A stretch of 64,000 nucleotides of DNA from a virus: positions 24,348 to 88,347 of the IMG/VR virus record IMGVR_UViG_3300044827_000008; one strand, given 5' to 3'. Numbering within the stretch: position 1 is the stretch's first letter; each line of letters opens with the position of its first letter. Below the pieces are notes generated by a model, which was not told the DNA's origin, did not search any database, and saw only the letters and a program-made list of their open reading frames with translations. A program made the position numbers and the translations under genes. Shown here in pieces: positions 9,797-20,699 of this stretch.

Positions 9797-10295
9797 CGTT
9801 CCCCGACCATACCAGTTGCCAGGGCCGACGGCTACCGCGCGGGACCGCCTTGGCGTAGGCCGAGTACATGCCCAACTTGATCACCTCGTCAAGCTCGACC
9901 GCCTCCGGCCTCCCACGTCCACCCGAGACGGTCCGCTTTGGAGCGTACCGCTCGGCCCGCTCGTGCAGCACCTCAATCCATACCGTCCGCCCGTCATCGG
10001 GTCGCGCTGGCCCGATTATGTACCGGCCCAGTCCAAATGCCTTGAACGGTTCAAGTACCTCGGCGGCCCACTCCTCGCGGAGCCGCGCCCGCTCCATCTT
10101 CAACCGCGTAAGTAGCAGTTGACCCTGTCCGGGGTGCTCCAAAACGTAGACCTCGCCGTTGGCAATTCGTACATCGAGCGCCTCGATTTGGGCCGCTGTT
10201 TTTTCGAGGCTCGACGATTCACCTGGGAATAACGAATCTTCGTGCTTACCCCCGTGTGCAGAAATGACTGAAGATTCGCTATTCATCTGAACCAC
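9732..10295 (-). CDS. Hypothetical protein downstream of the primase-helicase
   Basis: ORF overlapping the primase 3' end. Confidence 0.55.
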   Translation of the reverse strand: MVQMNSESSVISAHGGKHEDSLFPGESSSLEKTAAQIEALDVRIANGEVYVLEHPGQGQLLLTRLKMERARLREEWAAEVLEPFKAFGLGRYIIGPARPDDGRTVWIEVLHERAERYAPKRTVSGGRGRPEAVELDEVIKLGMYSAYAKAVPRGSRRPWQLVWSGNGEPLGVGLFESKGAAEAYRKR

Positions 10296-10478
10296 CTGAC
10301 TTCAGCGAATCTTTGGACGATTTGAATACGAGGAACCCTTCGCTCTCATCGAAGATTCGCTCAAAACCCCTCGAAGATTCGCTCACCGAATCTTCGTCAT
10401 TTTGTCCGCTCCCCTCCGAAGATTCGCTGACCGAATCTTCGACACTTTTTGAGCGAATCTTCGTCGTGACCGAATCCC
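10233..10478. repeat. Iteron-like cluster GAAGATTCG(CT) in both orientations; putative replication origin
   Basis: About 9-10 copies at 10233, 10270, 10304, 10351, 10373, 10387, 10418, 10432, 10454 and 10471 (some imperfect). Confidence 0.75.
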
Positions 10479-13386
10479 CTACGATGGTGACCGCGTCGCG
10501 TCCGAACGCCGCCATCAGCCCCCCAAAGTCCGCCCCCGGCAGGCCCCATGCCCAGTAGGCTCCGGCCCCGTATCCGACCTTCCTGATGACCACGCCCATC
10601 TGCTTGGTCGCCTCGAAGCTCGTCGTCCGTTGGATGCCCTGTGCCTTGAGCCGCTCGATCGCATCCTCTGACCGCATCGGTGATCCTTCGAGCAGCTTGT
10701 AGAGGAGTTCGACCGCGAGGTCGAGCTTCGGTGACGCCTTGCCCTCGACCGGCGCGAGCAGATCGTCCGCATCCTCGTCCACCTCCTCCTGCCATTCGAT
10801 CTTGCTCGTCTCCATCGGCTCGTCATACCCTTCGAGTGGGTAGACCACGGGCTGAATCGTATAGCGATATGCCTTAGCCTGCGCGGACACGCTGGCTTTG
10901 TTTGGGGCCATTGAGAATACCGTGGGGTTCTTGGTTTTCTTGACGCGGGCGACGGTGAATCCCCAGCGTGAGAGGCCGGAGAATCCGATCGAGCCGAGGC
11001 CACGGTACATTGCCACTTGCGTATCGTTCGCCTGCTTATTGAGGTGGCGCAGGAGGGTGACGGTGCATCCCAATTTGCCTGCATCGTTCGCGAGTTGGGT
11101 GAGCGCCTGCCGTACGTCTTGGTCCGAGTTCGTGTTCTTGCGGCCCGAGATGTAGGGCATGATGGGGTCGAAGACAACCATGATCGCGCCGACGCGAATG
11201 ACCTCATCGACGAGGCGTTGTGTATCGTCCGGCAGCCTGAAGAGGCGCGTAGTTTCCGTGATCTCGTCGATGACGGTGTGCATGAGGTGGACGCGGGAGA
11301 TGTTTGCTCCAGCGGCCCGCAGCCTTGGAATCATGACCGACTCCTCGACATCCTCACCGCCGATGATGATCACGTCCCCGATCGGACAGGGGCACCCGTC
11401 CGGCCACGGCGTGCCGGTCGTGATATGCGCGGTCAGTGCGGAGACGATCGAGGACTTGCCGACGCCAGGGTCGCCGTCGATCATACCCGTCATGCCAAGA
11501 GGTATGCGATACTTCCACATCCACTTGATGGGCTTTTCGATTACGCCGTCCGCGCGGTGGGTCAGTGCTACGGGCGATGGCTGATTTCCGCCGTTCAGGC
11601 TAGAATCGACTTCCGCTGGTAGCACGGTCGTGGTGTCGTCTGTTGTAAGATGCGCAGGCTTAATGTCCGGTTCGGGCATTATGACGACACCGCTTACATG
11701 GGGCGCGTTGGGGTCGTGGCCGCTGAAGAGGTCGGCCATCGACTCGATGCCGTCGGACTTGGCGGTGAATTCTTGACCGAGAGGGGAGAGCCGCACTCCG
11801 GGCTTTAGGGTGCCGGGCTTATGCACGCTGGCGGCCTCCCCCTCCTCGATCATGGGTTCGGTCCGAAGGTCTGCATATGGAACGGCATGCTTGAGGCCGT
11901 AACCAAAATTGATTTGGGGGTGATCGAGAACATCCTGCGCAGTAGCCCAGCCCTTGATCTTGAATGCTCCCCTGCTGCCGATGACGACCACATAACGATC
12001 CGCCTTGACCTTGCCCGGATTGACAATGAGGTGACCGGTCGGCGGATGGAGTTTGGCGTCCACCTTGAGATCGCCAATCATGAAGTCATATCCCGCATCG
12101 TTATGGCCGATGCTGCGGTCGGGTTCCTGTCCGAAGTAGTGCGCCACCCATTCCTCAGCCGCGAAGGCTTCGGTGTCCGTGTCAGCACTGAAGGCGCTCC
12201 CGTCTTTACGCAAACGTCCCTCCCCTCCGTGCGCCTCGAATCGTGCCGTTCCCTCATTTGCCTCGATTTGCCTTTGACCAGCGCGCGCGGTTTCTACCAC
12301 ATGCACGGGCTTGCCGTGAGCCGTCTTGTCCAGGCCCCGCTCATGATCCTTGACGTGGCCCGTCTTGACGGTGTCGCCTACCACTTGCGTACTCTTCGCC
12401 TTCGCGGCCCGCTTCGCCTTAAGCTGCTCGACGAAGTTCAAGCTGGAGGTGTCGGGGCCGGAGTACGTCTCCTCACAGTTGTCGATGGCGATCTCGATCG
12501 TCTGCTCGCCGTACGTCCCGAGGCCCCGACGCGTGTCCCACTTCGGTCGCATGAGTTCTGATTGGCGGAATAAGCGGTCGATCTGCTCAGGGTCCTTGCC
12601 CGTCCAGAATGCCAGCCTCCCGCATAGCGCCATGTCCGCCGTAGAGTGGTCGCCCTTGTAATCCGCAAGATCGCCCTCCCACAACCGTTTGAAAGCCTCT
12701 CCAGAGGGGCCAGATTGAGCCTTAGCGAGAAGTTCCTCGTCCGTGAGGTGGACAGCCTGCTCCAGGGCCTTGCCTGCCGCCTTGCCCGTCTCAGAGCCTT
12801 GCGAGGCCCTACGGGCGAGTCGAACACGCTGCGAGGAGGGGCGCAACGCTTCGTACTCGGCCCGGAGGGCCTTGAAGACTGTCGTACGGTCTTGGAGGTC
12901 GTCGGGGGTGCCGGGTACATGGTTGCCCGTGAAGGTAAAATACCGGGCGGTCATGTACGCCTCGAAGTGTTCCGTCTCGGAGATGTTGACCTTGAGGCCG
13001 GAGTCCATCGACTTGTCACCGATGACGAGGATATGGACGCCCTTACCCGACGGGCTGAACTCGGTGTAGCTGTCCACACGAGCGATGATCTCAGCGGCCC
13101 AATCCTTTAAGCCGTCCGGCCCGAACGCGCCGTCGAGGTCGATACCCCATACGCCAAACCCGAGGCCGATGCCCAGGCCCTCGAACTTGTTGATGGCTGC
13201 GACCGCCTCATCGTAGCTGCACCATGTACCGGGATCGGTGGACATTGCAGGCTTACCATTCGGCTGCACGGGCATCTTGAATCGTGGCCGATTGTCCGGC
13301 GTGGCCCACTTCCATAGCAGCCAGCGGGGCTTATCGCGCAGGTAGTCGGGCACGTCCATGATTAGCGGGTCAGTTCCGTGACTCAC
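10279..13386 (-). CDS. NrS-1-type primase-polymerase + helical bundle + PD-(D/E)XK-like domain + RepA/AAA_25 helicase fusion
   Basis: GIDLD, SPSGKGVH and RYFTFTG prim-pol motifs; DHSTADMALC..LAFWTGKD..QIDRLFRQS helical-bundle motif; Walker A GDPGVGKS, Walker B VVFDP, LRHLNK. Confidence 0.9.
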   Translation of the reverse strand: MSHGTDPLIMDVPDYLRDKPRWLLWKWATPDNRPRFKMPVQPNGKPAMSTDPGTWCSYDEAVAAINKFEGLGIGLGFGVWGIDLDGAFGPDGLKDWAAEIIARVDSYTEFSPSGKGVHILVIGDKSMDSGLKVNISETEHFEAYMTARYFTFTGNHVPGTPDDLQDRTTVFKALRAEYEALRPSSQRVRLARRASQGSETGKAAGKALEQAVHLTDEELLAKAQSGPSGEAFKRLWEGDLADYKGDHSTADMALCGRLAFWTGKDPEQIDRLFRQSELMRPKWDTRRGLGTYGEQTIEIAIDNCEETYSGPDTSSLNFVEQLKAKRAAKAKSTQVVGDTVKTGHVKDHERGLDKTAHGKPVHVVETARAGQRQIEANEGTARFEAHGGEGRLRKDGSAFSADTDTEAFAAEEWVAHYFGQEPDRSIGHNDAGYDFMIGDLKVDAKLHPPTGHLIVNPGKVKADRYVVVIGSRGAFKIKGWATAQDVLDHPQINFGYGLKHAVPYADLRTEPMIEEGEAASVHKPGTLKPGVRLSPLGQEFTAKSDGIESMADLFSGHDPNAPHVSGVVIMPEPDIKPAHLTTDDTTTVLPAEVDSSLNGGNQPSPVALTHRADGVIEKPIKWMWKYRIPLGMTGMIDGDPGVGKSSIVSALTAHITTGTPWPDGCPCPIGDVIIIGGEDVEESVMIPRLRAAGANISRVHLMHTVIDEITETTRLFRLPDDTQRLVDEVIRVGAIMVVFDPIMPYISGRKNTNSDQDVRQALTQLANDAGKLGCTVTLLRHLNKQANDTQVAMYRGLGSIGFSGLSRWGFTVARVKKTKNPTVFSMAPNKASVSAQAKAYRYTIQPVVYPLEGYDEPMETSKIEWQEEVDEDADDLLAPVEGKASPKLDLAVELLYKLLEGSPMRSEDAIERLKAQGIQRTTSFEATKQMGVVIRKVGYGAGAYWAWGLPGADFGGLMAAFGRDAVTIVGDSVTTKIRSKSVEDSVSESSEGSGQNDEDSVSESSRGFERIFDESEGFLVFKSSKDSLKSGGSDE

Positions 13387-16300
13387 AGATCGTCATTGCC
13401 CGCGAGCGTATCTGGCCCGGAGTGGTAGGCCCAGTGCTGGCGCTTGCGCTCCTCCTCATCCATGTTGATTGGAGATGTTGCCATGAGATCATCCCACTTG
13501 ACGATGCACTGGTGATCCCCCTCGTGCCCCTCTGAAAGCTCGCACCTTACCTCATCGCCTAGCGGCCCGCTCCAGCCGGACGAGACGCTATCCGCAATCT
13601 CCATGGTCGATGGGCACTGCGCGAGTGCCGTCGTCTCATCGCCAGGGTCACGATTGATGATGATGCCCGTGATCGGTGGCTTATCGAGGTCAGGGAATTT
13701 CACGTACGCCATCGGCTGGCTGATGACGAGCTTAAGGCGCGGGTCGAATTGAAGCCATCGTTCATGGAGCTTCTCGTACTCCTCGTCGGTGAGTTCAGAC
13801 CTTTCGATAGCTTGTGGACTCTTGGGGTCCGTCTCGTCGATGAATCCGATTGCCCTGTTAAAAGAATCACTCAATATCAAGCCCTCCCTGAGCTTCGAGA
13901 CAGTCTATCCTACGCCCATTGCGGACGGCTTGCTAACTCTCGATGATCGCTCCCAGCGCAAGCTGACGCATGGTGCCGATCAGATCGTCCACACGCCTCT
14001 GCTCGTGCTCGAAGTCCTTCCTCAACATCGCAGGGTTCTCCACGGAACCGAGTAGCTTGCCCAGTGCGGCCCACAGCGGCCCGAGTGCCTCGCGCGGCAC
14101 GTGGAACGGGTAGGTGGGCATGACCGATCCCTCGTGCCAATCCACTATCTCACTCGTGAAGACGCTGTCTCCGATCGTCGGCTTGTAGATCATGACCCGA
14201 CCCGGACCCATGCGCTCGAAGATGTGGATGTCCACGCCGTTGCGCTCGAACCGATCGTCAATTTGTACTTCGATCATGAAGCTTCCTTTGGTTGTGGCGG
14301 ATCAATGACATTTGGATTGTCGCCCGCGTCGATGCTGCTACTTCCGTCTAGTCGCGCCAACTTTAACGCGATTTCACCCACCCAGTCGCCACTGTTCCAG
14401 TAGCTCAGTGCAGGGTCGATGAGGGGCGATACTTTGGGGTATTGGCCTGGAAGGTAAAACGGCCAGCCCACAGCGTTGAGTAGGCGCACGAGATTATCCC
14501 TATGGTAGCGGGAGAGGTGGACAATCCAAACCTCATCGTTGATGTTCTCCGTGGCGTCGGGCGCACAACTCGACGCCTTGCGATACTGTTCTGCGGTGGG
14601 TCGAGCCTTCCTTTTGTTCATGGTTGGAATCCCTCCAAGTGCTTGCGCAGGTTGGCGACGGCCAATTCCCGCGCGATGTACGTCTCATGCTCACGTGACG
14701 TGAAGTCGGCTGCATGGTTCGCGCCCTCAGCGACCTCCCATTCCTTCGCGGCGATGGCAAGGTCGAGTAACGCAGCCTGCATGCCCCGAGTCAATGTGCA
14801 CGTTGGGTCATCGAGGATAACTGTTCGTGCCCTGCGCAGGGATGGCCCGCTCATGTCCACTCCAGCCTTGGTCGTTTGGTCGTTGAATCGCGCACGACGA
14901 CAACATCGAGGTGGGCACGATCATAACGATCCGTCTGGAATCCAGTAGGGTCTGCTGTCCAATAGCTGAACATTGACGAGAGTACCACGTCCCCATCCCT
15001 CAGAACAATTTCGGGCGGCGTGCGATCATTGCTGTCCGCCTGGAGAACGATGACCTTTCTCATGCCTCTCCCCTCATGGCTTTCTTCATGCGCTCCACTT
15101 TCTTCTCCTCCATCGCGATCACACGATAGATGGCGTACGCGAGGCCCGCGATCTGCGTGCGGTCCAACTTGATCTCTCCGTGTACCCATTTGTCCTCACG
15201 ACGGACTTTGTAGTTTTTTTTACCACCGATGAGGATCGTCATGGTGCTGTCGTCCACGTCAATGTCTCTCGGTGTGCGGATGGTGACGTAGCCTTCGACT
15301 AGGTCGATGTGTTCACTGTTGTTCATCTGCCATCCTTGCCAGTATGTCGCCATGGCATGCGAGGGGCTTGCAGTAGCAGCCGAGTATGTGGCCGCGCAGG
15401 GTCGGAATCTTAGCGAGAAGATCGGGCTGGTTCTTCAGCCACTCCTCGTACTTCTCGATCGCCTCCTCGCGTGAGCCGACAAGAGTCACGTGCATGCCGA
15501 ATCTCTCCAGCCGATGATCGCTGTAGAGATGTGTGAATGGATTACCCCACTTCGAGCCGCGCCCGATGTAGATGAAGGGGCCGTTGAGGCCATCGTTGTC
15601 GCGGAGGTTGATCACACGGGTGCTCATACCAGCGTCTCCCATTTATCGCGGCACCGTACGCAGATGACGCGGACGTGTCCAGGGTAGCTCGGAATTTCAT
15701 GGGTGTCATGCAATCCCCAGTGGCATGCGATCCGTCCTATGCGGCCCGGTGCCGTCACGAGGCCGATGAAGAGGAAGAGCGCAAGCGTGGCCCAGTACCA
15801 CCACGTCCCCATGAATGCCCACAAGATGCTACCCATCGCGCTCACCCCACTTCGGGGTAATCACCTTGCCCGGCGTGCCGGTGATGAGCTTCCTCAGCAC
15901 TTCAGGATCGGTCATGGGCCGATCGGTTGTCTCGCGCTCAATGTATGCGCCGCACTTACGGCACTGGAGGACGTTGACGATCCTGCCACCTGAGCCGTTG
16001 ATATGCGCGAGGTCGCGAAGGTCGGGATGCGTACATGCGCTCATCGCTCAATCTCCCTAGTCATGCGCTCAAGCGACTCGATCTCATCGGTCAACTTGAC
16101 TGCGAGGTACCGCTTCTCAGCAGCGATACGTCCGGCGGATTGGGCCTGCTCATACAGGCGCGTCTGTTCTTTTTCGCGGTCGTTCGCGCAGGACTCGATG
16201 AAGTCTCGTTCAGCCCGTCGCGCTGTCAGTGTGGACCGGAGCGCGGGCAGTAGGAATTGCGTGGCGTCGCTTACTTCCCGCTCGCGCACGGGCGGGACGA

Positions 16301-16460
16301 CAGCCTTATTTCTCTTGAGAAATCTCATGTTACGCATACCGCCGTCCCCTGGTATACGTGGCCCCGAGGCGCGAGATGATGCGGTGCATCTGCGCGGCCT
16401 TGTGCTTCTTCCCGTTCTCGATCTTCGCGTCCCCGCTGATCGTGTCGATGATGAAGTCAC
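13383..16460 (-). other. Run of small hypothetical genes (13383-13880, 13933-14277, 14274-14621, 14618-14854, 15060-15327, 15624-15845, 15829-16044 and others)
   Basis: Overlapping start/stop arrangement on the minus strand. Confidence 0.65.
15313..15627 (-). CDS. DUF4326 family protein
   Basis: IYIGRGSKWGNPF...REEAIEKY..WL...LRGHILGCYCKPLACHGDIL signature. Confidence 0.85.
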   Translation of the reverse strand: MSTRVINLRDNDGLNGPFIYIGRGSKWGNPFTHLYSDHRLERFGMHVTLVGSREEAIEKYEEWLKNQPDLLAKIPTLRGHILGCYCKPLACHGDILARMADEQQ

Positions 16461-16551
16461 CTGCGCACACCGGTTGAAAGTCGCGCGTCGCGATTGAGCG
16501 CAGGACCGTGATGGTCGTGTCGCACCTGTCGCAATGATACTCGTACTGCAT
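16330..16551 (-). CDS. FmdB-like zinc-ribbon protein
   Basis: YEYHCDRC...PVC...MHRIIS pattern. Confidence 0.7.
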   Translation of the reverse strand: MQYEYHCDRCDTTITVLRSIATRDFQPVCAGDFIIDTISGDAKIENGKKHKAAQMHRIISRLGATYTRGRRYA

Positions 16552-17003
16552 TATCCTTCCTTATCCTCCACGATTTCCCACGGGGGCTGGTTCCGGTTCT
16601 CGTTCTCGTCCGTCAGGCCCACCTCGAAGAGCCTGCCGCCCTTGATGGTGTAGCCTGCGAAGTCCTTCGATTCGAGAGTGTATGCAAGCTCGGCCGTGGT
16701 CGGCATGCGCTCCTCTACTGAATCGACGGAGATGCCGACCGCCCCCTTCGTTGCAAGGCCGGGGGCGCGGTCCTTCGCGTTCGTGACCATGAAGTCCCGC
16801 AGTTCGTCCACGTCAGCCTCGAAGAGAATCCGCCCATCTTCGAGCCATGTCCGCGTGGTGCGGCCGACGACCCGGTCCCGCTGAAAGCCGACGGTGACGG
16901 GCACCACGTCCTCCAGCTTGACGAGCTTGGGGTTGATCGGATGACGGTCCCCGCCTGCGATCTGCTCGTCCAACGTGCCTAGTAGAATCCCGCGAATCTT
17001 CAT
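16551..17003 (-). CDS. Stand-alone, probably inactive HK97-type prohead protease homologue
   Basis: Motif order IRG..GD..PV..FQRDRVVG..ILFEADV..GAVG..LFEVGL parallels the active protease at 61.7-62.1 kb. Confidence 0.6.
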   Translation of the reverse strand: MKIRGILLGTLDEQIAGGDRHPINPKLVKLEDVVPVTVGFQRDRVVGRTTRTWLEDGRILFEADVDELRDFMVTNAKDRAPGLATKGAVGISVDSVEERMPTTAELAYTLESKDFAGYTIKGGRLFEVGLTDENENRNQPPWEIVEDKEG

Positions 17004-17305
17004 AGTCCCATCCACCTCGTGAGGTCGGAGAAGATCGGTGCCTTCTCCCATAGCAAGTGCTCAACCGGGAAGCCAAGAGTCATGCCCAGCCAGAAGGCCG
17101 GGCGCAGAATCGTGTGTCGGATACCGTGCGTCACATGGTGACGCGTCCACACATCGATGTCGTGCATCGAGTGATGGACCTTCACGGTTTTCTTCCGCTC
17201 GGGATGATGCAATCGCCACGCAGCCCCGAGTTGTCCGGGGTCGCCAGGATTGTCCAGATGAGGGAACACTTCAAATGGTTCGCCCGATCCGCTCTCGTCG
17301 CTCAT
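17000..17305 (-). CDS. Hypothetical protein with C-terminal hydrophobic segment
   Basis: ORF with ATGA overlaps. Confidence 0.55.
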   Translation of the reverse strand: MSDESGSGEPFEVFPHLDNPGDPGQLGAAWRLHHPERKKTVKVHHSMHDIDVWTRHHVTHGIRHTILRPAFWLGMTLGFPVEHLLWEKAPIFSDLTRWMGL

Positions 17306-17958
17306 GACAGCAAATCCTCCTGACCGGTGTGGGCTGGCAATTCCTTGAACTCGGCCTCGATGGAGCCATCCTCAAGCTGCTGTCTGCGCGCTTCGGCTTC
17401 ATTCTCAAGCTCGATGAGACGCGGATCGGAGAGGAGGTGTTGGACATCGACACTGCCCGTGATCTGTACGTTGACATCGACGCGCTCGCCCTTTCCCCAA
17501 TCGAAATCACGGCCCTGGTTATTCAGCCATGCGATCATTGCGAGTACGTTATCATCGTGCATCGCGAGACGGTTGAGCGCCTCCATCATGTGGCTCGCGG
17601 TGATCGCTTTCGCCATATCCGTGAGCGACTTGAAGTCGGGACGGCTATCGATCCATTTGTAGTACGTGCGCTCATTGATTCCAAGCGCGCCGGTCGCGGC
17701 CCGAATGTGCACACCCCGAAGGATCGCATCGAGGATCGCCGTAACGTTGACCTTCGTGTACGATCGGTCGCCGTGTCGAGGATAAGTCTGCTCGCGATCA
17801 GGGTCGTCGAAGATTCCTATCTCGTCGATGACCTCGCGCGGAAAGACCGGTGCGACGTACGGTTCCTTCTCCTCTTCGTAGCCTGCGGCCTTGCGGAAAG
17901 ACTTATAGCGGTTCTTGCGCCGCTGGCCTTTCTTTGGCCCACTTCCGGGTCCGCCCAT
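17302..17958 (-). CDS. Terminase small subunit-like HTH protein
   Basis: ILDAILRG..IRAA.GALGINERTYYKW...DF...AMIAWL...VDVNVQITG; HTH, oligomerisation helices and beta tail typical of TerS. Confidence 0.65.
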   Translation of the reverse strand: MGGPGSGPKKGQRRKNRYKSFRKAAGYEEEKEPYVAPVFPREVIDEIGIFDDPDREQTYPRHGDRSYTKVNVTAILDAILRGVHIRAATGALGINERTYYKWIDSRPDFKSLTDMAKAITASHMMEALNRLAMHDDNVLAMIAWLNNQGRDFDWGKGERVDVNVQITGSVDVQHLLSDPRLIELENEAEARRQQLEDGSIEAEFKELPAHTGQEDLLS

Positions 17959-20483
17959 CAGTTCTGTTCCGGCCCGTCCTTTGGCGGCGCGATGATCGTC
18001 ATCACCTTGCCGGTAAATGGATTTCGATCCTCTGGTGCAGCCTTGCCGTTGGGGCCGTAGATTTCACGATACTCGCGAATGGTTTCGAGGTACTGCGCGT
18101 ACACGGCGGGTCCGTCGATGGCGGGATGAAAGCAAATGCCGGACACCGGCCCATTTTCACTGAGCCTTTCGGTGTCTGAGAAGCATACGAGGATCGCGTC
18201 GATCTGGAGTAGCTGCGTTGCCTCGTCCTTCGTAAGTTCGAACTTCTCGCGGGTGTCGTACTCGTTGACGAGAAAAATCTTCACGATGTCCCTCCAGACT
18301 TTCGATCGGCCTTGTACTCGACGACGGCCCTCAGTGGGTAGCCCCCGTGCGAGCCGACGCGTCGCACAGTTTCCATTTTAGCGGGCTGCGGCACCGTCAC
18401 CTGCCTGATCGTGCCCGTTTCCTTGTCGAGTACAGGAAACTCTAAGTCCGGTGGCCCGAACTTGAGCGCGACCGGTGGCTTCATGAGGATCGCCGTCTGC
18501 CGCTTGTTCAGGATCGGGTAAATCTTCGCGATGCGCTGGAGCGCCTCGTTCCGCTCGTACGTCATCAACGATAGCTCGCGCTCGGCCACCTTCAGCTTGC
18601 GTTCGGCCTCGTACGCCTTGGAGCGTGCCTCGCGAATCTCATCGTTGCGGTACTCGATCACGCGGAGGAGGAGGGTCGCGAGGTGGCTCGGCATGGGTGA
18701 GCCGTCCGCGTACGTCTCGTCCCGCTCACCCTCCATCCGATCCGCATAGTCGATGTCCATCGGATCGTAGCCCGGCCCGTCGTCGGGATCGGGGCCGCTG
18801 AAGTCCATGCTCAAAGCGTCGCGAATCTTGTCCCAAAGGCTCATGTCAGTCCCCTCTCCCGCTGCCAGTAGGCCCGGCTCGCGTCATCGTTCACGTTGAG
18901 GACCCACCTCATGTGAAACATGTTGTCAGGAATGTGGACGTGTGGGCACGTCCGGTAAAGGGTCGTATGCGTCTTGATCGTGCGCATTTTTGCACGCTTG
19001 AAAAGTCTCCATCGCCATCCGTAGTTGCGCCTCGGAAGGTGGCCGTCCCACGTCTCCGACTCGTTGCCGACGATCGCCAAGATAATGTGGGACCACCAGT
19101 TGACCGGGACAGATTCGGTGCCGGTCACGACCGTCTCGTCCGCCGTGTGCGCGAGCATGCGCTGTGTCATGCGGACGGCGATCATGTTCATCATGAATCC
19201 GAACTCATCACTGTCAACATCGACCGTGGTGTTGAGCATCTCTTTTGAGACAAGCTCTTGCAGTCCACGCCTGATGATCTCGACATCCACCGTCTTGATT
19301 TCGAGACTGTCCGGCCCATCCCATAGAGGGGACAAGTGATCAGACATTTTCGTCCAGTCCAATATCCTTCGCGAATTGCGGGTCTTTCTGTGCCCTGTCC
19401 ACCATGGCGTAGGCCATCTTCGTTGCGACAATGTTGAGGTACGTGCCCAGCGCATTCATCGCGGGAATTATTCCTTCGCGCTCGACGTGGATGTGCTTGC
19501 CCGAGACTTCCTCGTTCGTGAGGTTGTCGATGGTCGCGATATCGATGTCGATCGTCGTCGGCGCGGCAGCATTAAGCTGATCCACGGTGATGACGATGGT
19601 CGTCCGGTCGGCGTCCTCAGTTGGACGCTTTGACTCCCTCGTTACTTCGGTCGCCTTGCCCTCTGCCATGTAGACCCTCCCTGGTCCTGAACTCTTCGAT
19701 GCGGCGCTTCGCGAGTTGCGCCACAATATCCCCCGCCGCTGTTTCACGCATGAGGTCCAATGGAATATCCATCCTCAGCGTGACCGACTTCTCGTGACGA
19801 TGAAACTTCGAGGCCGGTTCTTTCTGCGTGCGCCTACCCATCTTGCTTCACCCCGAACTTTGCATTGAACTCTTCCGCGCGCTTTTTACCAGCGGCCCGC
19901 TCTGCGGACTTACCCACTGGCCCGGCTCCGCGAAATTCTCGAATTGGCTCGTGCTGCTGACGCCTCGCGTGACGGACGGCCCCGCGAAGCTGGTTCACAG
20001 TGAGGTGGATGCCGTGTACGCGAAGCTCCTGTTGGCCCTTGGGGAGTCCGTGAAGGTGACGCTCAGCACCGGCCAGCATACGCTCAGCCGTGGCCTTGTC
20101 GTGCACAAAGGTGCCGATACCAGTCGGTTCCTTCGCCTCCTCCATGCCCATCTTTTTCGCTGGGTCAGTCTTGATCCGCGCGATGCGCTTCGCCTCAAGC
20201 TCCTCGACCGCCGTGGTCGATTCCTTGAGGTGCTTCGATCGCTCCTCCCACTCCTCAGCCGTCTCGATCTTCGGTTCAGTTTTTACCACTACACGATCTC
20301 TCGAAATGAAAACCCCTGATTGGGATACGTGGCCCTCGGAACTGACGTAACGCACTGCGGCATCATGCCATCAGGAAACGTCGTGAGATTGACCATCGTG
20401 TCATTCCACACTCGGGTCACGATTGCCGGTATCTCCTCCATCCCTGACCCAGGTAGAAATTTGACGATCTGACCAGTGACCAC
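17958..20483 (-). other. Hypothetical genes (17958-18284, 18281-18844, 18841-about 19346, 19340-19669, 19617-19841, 19834-about 20290, SH3-like 20289-20483)
   Basis: Minus-strand ORF run; PAIVTRVW...VNLTTFPDG is a common small phage beta protein. Confidence 0.6.
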
Positions 20484-20699
20484 CTACGCGTCCTCAGCGT
20501 GAAGCCACGCATGAACTGCCGGACCAGAGCGGCCCGTGGCCTTGGCTATATCGCGTTCCGTCATTCCAGCGGCATGAGCCGCGCGGGCGATACGTTTTAG
20601 ATCGCCACGAACTTCGGCAAGCTGCGTGGTAACGCCATCGACAACTTCTGCCGAAACTTTCAGTGCCGCCTCGAACTTCTCGTGTCCCAGCCCGGCCAT
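20484..20699 (-). CDS. Small HTH DNA-binding protein
   Basis: AHAAGMTERDIAKATGRSGPAVHAWL. Confidence 0.75.
   Translation of the reverse strand: MAGLGHEKFEAALKVSAEVVDGVTTQLAEVRGDLKRIARAAHAAGMTERDIAKATGRSGPAVHAWLHAEDA

Noticed and set aside
11860-12330. Intein in the primase-helicase
   Set aside because: No N-terminal Cys/Ser block and no His-Asn plus nucleophile junction around the insert
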